Below, one piece after another: positions 16,098 through 22,277 of a stretch of DNA of 37,750 nt. The DNA is taken from IMG/VR virus record IMGVR_UViG_3300025536_000006. One strand, 5' to 3'. This DNA comes from a virus. The notes under the pieces are model-generated. The model saw only the letters and a program-made list of their open reading frames with translations, had not been told where the DNA came from and made no database searches. Every line of letters begins with the position of its first letter. Within the stretch, counting starts at the first letter, position 1. A program made the translations under genes and the position numbers.

Positions 16098-16161
16098 TTG
16101 CCTCGGGGCAAGGCTTAAGAGAGAGACGTTAATACCTTTTTTCTCATGCCCCATTTAATTT

Positions 16162-16770
16162 ATGCAAGATAGACCTACAGTTGGCGCGTTAGCTGTCAAG
16201 GCTTCACAAGATACTACAAGATATGATCCTCTTGAGATAGGTCATGCTGTCAATGAGGACTTCGGCAAGCAATTAGAAGCTTGTGTGGAGCTGCATGACA
16301 AGATCTTTGATGAAGATGAATATTGCGTATGCTTCGTGCTAGCAAACGATCCTCTTATCCATGGAGTAAAGCGGCGTAAATTCTATGCCTATCCTCACCT
16401 ACCATCTCCTAGACCCGATCAAGGCGTATTCTTATGGAGCAAGCGCAAGCAAACGCTTTTGAAACGACTATGGATTCTTCCGCCCGCTCCAGTGATGGAA
16501 GCCCTTTATCTTTGTCCTAATGTCGCCGACCAATTTAAAAGTATGAAACGCTGGAGCGTGGCTTTTTATGATGGACATTTCTGGGAGTCCATTCGTAAAG
16601 AACATGGCATCAAGATGCTCTCAGAAATCGAATACCTAAATGCTCACCGAGAAGAACTCATCAAGGCGGGCTGCAAGGAGATCGAGACTCTTAGGCCCGA
16701 CCCCTTCGATTTCAGCAAGATTGCAACTTATAAGGTCATAGACACGAACGAGACGAGCCTTAATCAATGA
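16162..16770 (+). CDS. Hypothetical head-module protein (202 aa)
   Basis: ORF track. Its composition looks like that of a real protein. Its last 135 nt overlap a convergent ORF that carries an HhH motif, so the 3' end is uncertain. Confidence 0.5.
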   Translation: MQDRPTVGALAVKASQDTTRYDPLEIGHAVNEDFGKQLEACVELHDKIFDEDEYCVCFVLANDPLIHGVKRRKFYAYPHLPSPRPDQGVFLWSKRKQTLLKRLWILPPAPVMEALYLCPNVADQFKSMKRWSVAFYDGHFWESIRKEHGIKMLSEIEYLNAHREELIKAGCKEIETLRPDPFDFSKIATYKVIDTNETSLNQ

Positions 16771-16923
16771 CTTTTCTAAAGCTTTTGGTAAACATAAAAC
16801 TTGAATTGGGACATTTGCTCCCATGTAAGAAAGCGTCTTGCGATAATGTTCTAGATTTTTCTTTACATCTTCCTTGGAAAATGGAACAACATCCGGATTA
16901 ATAATCATATCATCATCGATCAT
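16636..16923 (-). CDS. Possible RNAP alpha-CTD-like helix-hairpin-helix protein (95 aa)
   Basis: VLCLPKALEKSLIKARLVRVYDLISCNLAEIEGVGPKSLDLLAARLDEF follows the alpha-CTD spacing (L.L......L....I..V.DL.....L..I.G.G.KSL..L...L). It lacks the R-x-x-N-C motif and conflicts with 16162..16770. Confidence 0.4.
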   Translation of the reverse strand: MIDDDMIINPDVVPFSKEDVKKNLEHYRKTLSYMGANVPIQVLCLPKALEKSLIKARLVRVYDLISCNLAEIEGVGPKSLDLLAARLDEFFSVSI

Positions 16924-16933
16924 AGGAGCCTAA

Positions 16934-17665
16934 ATGGAACAAGAAGTTAAATCATCCGAGCCTGAAATTACTCAAAAAAGTGATACAACACAAGAGCAAA
17001 AAGCAACTCCTGAACAAACAGCTCCTCAAGAAACCACCGAACAGATCAACTGGAAGAAGTTTCGAGAAGCAAGAGAAGTTGAGCGTAAGCAAAAGATAGA
17101 GGCAGAAAAACGCGCTGCCGAGAAAGAAGCCGAAGCTCAAGCTCTCAAAGCAGCTATGGAAGCTCTACTGAATAAACAAGATCATCGACAAGCTACGATG
17201 GATGTCTATAATCCCGATCAAGATATCTCAGAAGATGAGAAGATCCAACGCAAGATCGATGCTGCCTTGGCAGAAAGAGAGAAGCGATATCAGCAAGAGC
17301 GCATCCAACAAGAGCAGGCTAACTTCCCTCAGAGATTGACAGAGACCTTCCGTGACTTCGATCAAGTATGCACGCATGAGAATCTAGACTATCTTGAATA
17401 TCACTATCCTGAAGTTGCTGCTGCATTTAAAAACTTACCCGATGGCTATGATAAATGGTCTAACGTTTACAAGGCCGTCAAGAGATTCGTTCCAAACGTG
17501 GATGGAAAAAAAGAGCAGAACAAAGCCGATAAGAACTTCTCCAAGCCACAAGCTATGAGCATTGCCGGAAAGACTCAAGTCGGCGATACAGCTCCTATTC
17601 AACTCGATGAAGCAAGAAGGCAAGCGAATTGGCAGAGAATGCAGAAGGTGATGAAGGGAGGATGA
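16934..17665 (+). CDS. Scaffolding protein
   Basis: Highly charged, Q/E/K/A-rich and coiled-coil-like (EAEKRAAEKEAEAQALKAAMEAL). It lies upstream of the major capsid gene. AGGAG RBS. Confidence 0.65.
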   Translation: MEQEVKSSEPEITQKSDTTQEQKATPEQTAPQETTEQINWKKFREAREVERKQKIEAEKRAAEKEAEAQALKAAMEALLNKQDHRQATMDVYNPDQDISEDEKIQRKIDAALAEREKRYQQERIQQEQANFPQRLTETFRDFDQVCTHENLDYLEYHYPEVAAAFKNLPDGYDKWSNVYKAVKRFVPNVDGKKEQNKADKNFSKPQAMSIAGKTQVGDTAPIQLDEARRQANWQRMQKVMKGG

Positions 17666-17670
17666 GTCAG

Positions 17671-17700
17671 GATCATTTCCGTGATGTTACGAAAATGATC
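17671..17700. terminator. Stem-loop between the convergent scaffold and GRLC-family genes
   Basis: GATCATTTCCGT-gatgtt-ACGAAAATGATC pairs at 11 of 12 positions. There is no clear U tract on either strand. Confidence 0.4.
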
Positions 17701-17735
17701 ACTCATCTATCAAACGGATTCTATGTTTACCTGAT

Positions 17736-17942
17736 TTACTTTCGATTTCTGGTTTTCTCTTCGATAGCACATAGACGCCCGTGGAAGTCTATCATGTCTT
17801 GTCGTATGGCTTCGATTAGTGCAGAAACACGAGTTTCAAGTTGACGATGATCATTACGTGATTCGGATCTATTCCATAACCACAACGTCAAAGTAAATAC
17901 CATGTTTCCTAAAACGAAAATTGTAAATTGTATCCAGTCCAT
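17736..17942 (-). CDS. Small single-pass membrane protein, GRLC-motif family (68 aa)
   Basis: MDWIQFTIFVLGNMVFTLTLWLWNRSESRNDHRQ...MIDFHGRLCAIEEK. It shares WNRSESRxD and DFHGRLCxIEE with its paralogues. It is a lone minus-strand gene inside the head module. Confidence 0.8.
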   Translation of the reverse strand: MDWIQFTIFVLGNMVFTLTLWLWNRSESRNDHRQLETRVSALIEAIRQDMIDFHGRLCAIEEKTRNRK

Positions 17943-17993
17943 TTGAGCCCCTTTGTCCTCTTGTCATTAAATATTTGATTCGTTATGTTGAGG

Positions 17994-18025
17994 TCAGCGT
18001 AACATAAGATTCGCTATCTTAACCC
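17994..18025 (+). promoter_or_regulatory. Conserved box TCAGCGTAACA-N6-TCGCTATCTT, copy A (upstream of the capsid gene)
   Basis: A near-identical box occurs at 30865..30895 (TCAGCGTAACA-N5-TCGCTATCTT). It contains a -10-like TATCTT with no good -35. Both copies are followed by CTTAGGTTC(A/G)AA(T/C)ATG. Confidence 0.5.
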
Positions 18026-18115
18026 ATGGCAGACATATAGGGAATCGCCAACCTAGGCAGTAATTAGTTTTTTTCGCCAAAAACGCCAAAACTAAAACTT
18101 AACTTAGGTTCAAAT

Positions 18116-19072
18116 ATGTCATCTGGGATCACCAACATTAACAACATGGCTCCAGAGCTACCTTTGCAGCTTAGCGAAGATCTGCTCTCTACGCCCATGT
18201 TCAACCTCATTCACAGTTTCGGCGCGGATTTACATTATGCCGAATCACATATTGGGCGAAATATCCGTATGTCCCGATATGAAAGACTCTCCACAAATGG
18301 CGGCCAACTCGATGGTTCTGGTATTGATCCAGCTCCTGAAGTTGTCGTCCGTTCTGATATCGACGCTAAAGTTGAAATCTACGCCAAAACCGTAGTCATC
18401 AACGAGCAAGTTGTATTATGGGAAAACGACAAAGTTCTCACTAAATTCACAGCTCTTCTCGGGCAGTGGCTACGTGAGAAAGAAGATCTTCTGATGCGCG
18501 ATCTTTACGCTTCATCTGTGAGCTACATCAATGCCACAGGCGGGGTAAACGGGGATCAGCCAAGTGAAATTTCTCGTAATGACATCAACAACATTGAGCG
18601 TATCTTGCTTGGCAATGATGCACGCACAATGCTAGAAACCATCGAAGCTCAGAACAAATTCGGTACAGCGCCAACTCGCGATGCCTTCATTGCTCTTGCT
18701 TCGACTGATATCACTCCAGACCTTCAAAACGTTCAAGGCGTACTGCTCAAAAACGCATACCCAATGCAAGAAGGACTGAGACCAGAAGAATACTGTTCAG
18801 TAAGCCGCTTCCGATTCTTTGTCAGCTCAAAAGCTGCTAAGACACCAGGCGCATCTTTGACAGGAGCCACAGTCTATACAATTCCTATGTATGGGCTTGA
18901 AGCTGCAACAAAAGTTGAACAGAACAACTATAGCGCACTCTTAGGGTACAGACCTCCTTATGTTGTGTCTAGCGTTGCCCAAAACAGCCAATTGTATGCC
19001 AAGTTCGCGATCGGTCGAGCAATCACCAATCAGAACTGGATCTCTGGGCTTAACGTAACACAAAGACTGTAA
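18116..19072 (+). CDS. Major capsid protein (HK97 fold, resembling the N4-gp56-type family)
   Basis: GRNIRMSRYERL...GQLDGSGIDPAPE...IDAKVEIYAKTVVINEQV...LLGQWLREKEDLLMRDLY follows the remembered pattern for this capsid family. It lies after the scaffold gene. Confidence 0.8.
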   Translation: MSSGITNINNMAPELPLQLSEDLLSTPMFNLIHSFGADLHYAESHIGRNIRMSRYERLSTNGGQLDGSGIDPAPEVVVRSDIDAKVEIYAKTVVINEQVVLWENDKVLTKFTALLGQWLREKEDLLMRDLYASSVSYINATGGVNGDQPSEISRNDINNIERILLGNDARTMLETIEAQNKFGTAPTRDAFIALASTDITPDLQNVQGVLLKNAYPMQEGLRPEEYCSVSRFRFFVSSKAAKTPGASLTGATVYTIPMYGLEAATKVEQNNYSALLGYRPPYVVSSVAQNSQLYAKFAIGRAITNQNWISGLNVTQRL

Positions 19073-19082
19073 GGAGTTATAT

Positions 19083-20126
19083 ATGCCTTTTACTATTCTT
19101 GATGGTGGTTCATTCACATCGACTGCGGCAGGAGTTAAAATTCCTCTTCCCAGTTCTGCTGATTATTTTAAAATCGTTAACGTAACGCAAATGGCAGCAG
19201 CCGGAACTACCTGCGTTGCTGGCGAATGGTTCGGCTCTAAATTTGGAGCTGGGGCTACCGCTGCTAACGATGGTATCCGCTGGAGAAAGGCTGCATCAAA
19301 TGCAATCTTAATTGATACATTTGCAACAGCTACAGCTACCAACGGCTTTACATATGTCACTACTGCTCCTGTGGTAGAGGCGCAAGCTGCAAATGCTATT
19401 ACAGGTATCACAGCAGCAAACCCAGCGGTTGTTACCCAGACAAATACCTATGCCAATGGTGATCTAGTACGAATTTACAATACTACTGGTGATCTTACAA
19501 TTGGCGGCATGGTATTCCAGATTTCATCTGCATCTGGAGCAGGCTACACGTTGCTTGGTCTTGCAAACGTTGCTGGTAACGGTCTTGCCGCTGCAACAGC
19601 AGGTAATACACGACGTATTTCGACGTTTTCAGCAGTGGAACCAGAATATCTTTATATCACCAACATTAGCCGTGCGACCCAGATGGTTGTTAGCGTTAGC
19701 ATTGATCCTGCTAACTATTATGTTGTGGGTAACAAGGTTCACTTAAGCGTTCCTGCATCGTTTGGAATGACTGAAGCAAACCAACTTACCGGAACAATCC
19801 TGGCACTCAATGCCGTGGCTGCATCCGGAAGCATTGGTGCTTACAATATGACACTGGATATCGATTCAACCGCATTTACTGCTTTTGCATTCCCAGCTTC
19901 TGCATTGTCGCCAACAACTCGCTTGTTTGCAACTTTAGCACCTGCCGGATCAAAAACAGCATATGATCCAGTAACACTGGTTCAAACAGGTTATGAATTT
20001 AACCTCACACCTTTCCGTACAGGTGAGTTTGTTCCTTATATGCTCATTGGCGGCGGCGGGGCAGGTAATGCTTCGGGTGCTGCAAATGACATCATCAACT
20101 GGGCTTCTTATAAATTCGAAACCTAA
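19083..20126 (+). CDS. Virion structural protein with two FCCH-like beta-barrel modules (decoration or head-fibre candidate)
   Basis: AGGAG RBS directly after the capsid gene. Modules ITGITAANPAVVTQTNTYANGDLVRIYN... and YITNISRATQMVVSV...LSVPASFGMTEANQLTGTI...LDIDSTAFTAF. Confidence 0.55.
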   Translation: MPFTILDGGSFTSTAAGVKIPLPSSADYFKIVNVTQMAAAGTTCVAGEWFGSKFGAGATAANDGIRWRKAASNAILIDTFATATATNGFTYVTTAPVVEAQAANAITGITAANPAVVTQTNTYANGDLVRIYNTTGDLTIGGMVFQISSASGAGYTLLGLANVAGNGLAAATAGNTRRISTFSAVEPEYLYITNISRATQMVVSVSIDPANYYVVGNKVHLSVPASFGMTEANQLTGTILALNAVAASGSIGAYNMTLDIDSTAFTAFAFPASALSPTTRLFATLAPAGSKTAYDPVTLVQTGYEFNLTPFRTGEFVPYMLIGGGGAGNASGAANDIINWASYKFET

Positions 20127-20137
20127 GAATTTATGTC

Positions 20138-20174
20138 CCCATGAGTCGGCTACAATGTAGCCGACTCTCATGGG
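20138..20174 (+). promoter_or_regulatory. Long imperfect hairpin spanning the intergenic gap and the ATG of 20170
   Basis: CCCATGA-GTCGGCTAC-aat-GTAGCCGAC-tc-TCATGGG. That is about 15 paired positions with a 2-nt bulge. The right arm contains the start codon at 20170-20172. Confidence 0.55.
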
Positions 20175-20577
20175 ATATAAATTAAGCAAGTACATGGCAA
20201 ACAATATTTACTTACCCCCGACTCCTGTTATCCCAGGGATGCTTCTCATCACTGCTATTACCAATGCCTATCCTATGGTCGTGACCTTCACAAATTCTAT
20301 CTACAATACGTATGTTTTAGGGCAACTTGTTACGCTTACCGTTCCTCCTCCCTACCGAATGATCCAGGCAAATGAGCTTACAGGAAAGATCATAGCTATC
20401 AATGGGTCTACATTTTCATTAGATATCGATTCTAGAAACTTCGATACGTTTGTAATCCCTAATCCCGCATCCATTCCTACTCCTAGTCAGCCCGCGTCCC
20501 TTGCGCCAGGAGGCAGCAGAAATAACTACAACGTAACACTTGAGCCCTTTCAATCACTAAATAACCAAGGAAACTGA
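20170..20577 (+). CDS. Structural protein paralogous to the C-terminal half of 19083..20126
   Basis: ITAITNAYPMVVTF...LTVPPPYRMIQANELTGKIIAINGSTFSLDIDSRNFDTF aligns with the second module of the preceding gene. The start is uncertain (20170 or 20194). Confidence 0.55.
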   Translation: MGYKLSKYMANNIYLPPTPVIPGMLLITAITNAYPMVVTFTNSIYNTYVLGQLVTLTVPPPYRMIQANELTGKIIAINGSTFSLDIDSRNFDTFVIPNPASIPTPSQPASLAPGGSRNNYNVTLEPFQSLNNQGN

Positions 20578-20578
20578 T

Positions 20579-20986
20579 ATGTCCACACTCATTCAAGTAA
20601 CTGCATCAGGAGAAGAACACGGCTTGATTAAAAGACTTGCCAATAGCGTTCCTTTCGATGACTTCAAACATATGTCACCTACTACAAAAGCAAAGGCTGA
20701 GAAACTGAAGAAAGAAGAAAGCAAGATGGTCAAAGCTAAATATCTCAACTCACGCGGTAGGCACGAAAGGCTTACAAAACCCTATTGTAGATGGTCTGGC
20801 GACAATATCCAGATCTGGCATTTCATCCCAGGACATGTCTACGAAGTGCCCATGGGCCTTATCAACGAAGTGAATGCCGTAAAAACAGTTATCCGCGAGG
20901 GTAAATGCGATGAGAATGGAGACAATCCATTGGCTAAAGACGAGATCGATGAGCCCTTACACCAGTTTGTAGCGGCAAATTTTTAA
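20579..20986 (+). CDS. Hypothetical virion-module protein (135 aa)
   Basis: ORF track. TGATATG coupling to the upstream gene. Confidence 0.55.
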   Translation: MSTLIQVTASGEEHGLIKRLANSVPFDDFKHMSPTTKAKAEKLKKEESKMVKAKYLNSRGRHERLTKPYCRWSGDNIQIWHFIPGHVYEVPMGLINEVNAVKTVIREGKCDENGDNPLAKDEIDEPLHQFVAANF

Positions 20987-20999
20987 ATATTGAGGGAAG

Positions 21000-22277
21000 A
21001 TGACATTAGCTCCTGCAAATTCCACATATGCCTACATTGAAACCAAGGTAAGAAGGCTCACTGCGTCATCCAGTGAGCAATCTTTGCGCTCTGCATCGAT
21101 CCAGGAGTATGTCAATAATTTCTATAATCAGAATTTTCCCAATTCGATAAAGACCGACCAAATGCGGTCGGTCTATACGTTCTATACTGCACCAAACATC
21201 GATCGATATCCTGTAAATGTGAACTACAATCAGGGATTCCGCTCTCCTGTATATGTAGATGGCATTCAAGGTTCATTCTTTAAGGATAGAGATCAATTTT
21301 TCCTTATGTGGCCAAGATGGCCTACTCTATTTCAGCAATCTCCTACAACCCTTACAGGCTCTATCACGGCAGCTACAAATGCTAATCCATGTCAGATTAC
21401 GAGCGCAAACCATGGTTTGATTACGGGTAGCGTAATATCGATCACAGGTGTTGTAGGTATGATTCAGCTTAATGGCAATACATATACGATCACTGTAGTT
21501 GATGCAAATAATTTTACACTAAATGGGATTGATTCGACGGCTTTTGGTGTGTACATATCAGATGGAACTTGGACAGCCAATAATCAGTTTTTCTCTTTTA
21601 CAATCGGCTCAGTGCCATTCTTAAGCCAGCAAGTAACCATAGGCTCCGTTGATACAAACGGAGGGGCAATCAGAATCAGTGACGATGGTAATGGCAATCT
21701 TCTCTACGACGTTCCTAACCCCATTATTTCGGTTCCTCCAGCCCTTACAAATGTTCCAGGAATGAAAAATTTAAATACTGGAAATCCTGGCGATCTGGTT
21801 CAAACACTCATTGGCACTGTAAACTACGTAACGGGGCAATTTACCTTTACTCTTCCTTCAGGAGTATCAGTAGGGACTGGACAAATTCTACGCATTTTCG
21901 TCTCTCAGTATACGACTGGAAGACCTTATTCACTGCTTTTCTGGAATAATGAGATCACTATCCGACCAGTGCCTAAATGGACTCATAAGATTGAAGTTGA
22001 AACCTACCTTACTCCTGTTCAGTTCATGAGCTATTCTAATAATCCTATCATGAACCAATGGGCTAAATACATAGCCTATGGAGCCGCTATCGATATCTTG
22101 ACTGATAGACAAGACATGGATGGGGTCAATAATTTGATGGATGCCTTCAAGTATGAAGAAGGACTTGTTTTAGAAAGACAAGGCGCAGAAGAGATAGGAC
22201 AGAGGAATACCACCATCTTTTCGTCATCTGTACAGGGACAAGGAAATTATTGGGGAAGCTGGGGGAACTGGTATTAG
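21000..22277 (+). CDS. Virion structural protein with an inserted FCCH-like module (adaptor or tail tubular A candidate, by position only)
   Basis: GAGGGAAG RBS. The module ITAATNANPCQITSANHGLITGSVISITGVVGMIQLNGNTYTITVVDANNFTLNGIDSTAFGVY spans about aa 120-191. Confidence 0.5.
   Translation: MTLAPANSTYAYIETKVRRLTASSSEQSLRSASIQEYVNNFYNQNFPNSIKTDQMRSVYTFYTAPNIDRYPVNVNYNQGFRSPVYVDGIQGSFFKDRDQFFLMWPRWPTLFQQSPTTLTGSITAATNANPCQITSANHGLITGSVISITGVVGMIQLNGNTYTITVVDANNFTLNGIDSTAFGVYISDGTWTANNQFFSFTIGSVPFLSQQVTIGSVDTNGGAIRISDDGNGNLLYDVPNPIISVPPALTNVPGMKNLNTGNPGDLVQTLIGTVNYVTGQFTFTLPSGVSVGTGQILRIFVSQYTTGRPYSLLFWNNEITIRPVPKWTHKIEVETYLTPVQFMSYSNNPIMNQWAKYIAYGAAIDILTDRQDMDGVNNLMDAFKYEEGLVLERQGAEEIGQRNTTIFSSSVQGQGNYWGSWGNWY

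Noticed and set aside
16101-16116. Short hairpin TTGCC-tcgg-GGCAA after 15894..16097 as a terminator
   Set aside because: The stem is only 5 bp and no U tract follows, which is too weak to call.
17629-17844. Plus-strand 71-aa ORF overlapping the GRLC-family gene
   Set aside because: The minus-strand frame is supported by paralogy with four other genes. The plus frame has no support and would run through the convergent hairpin.
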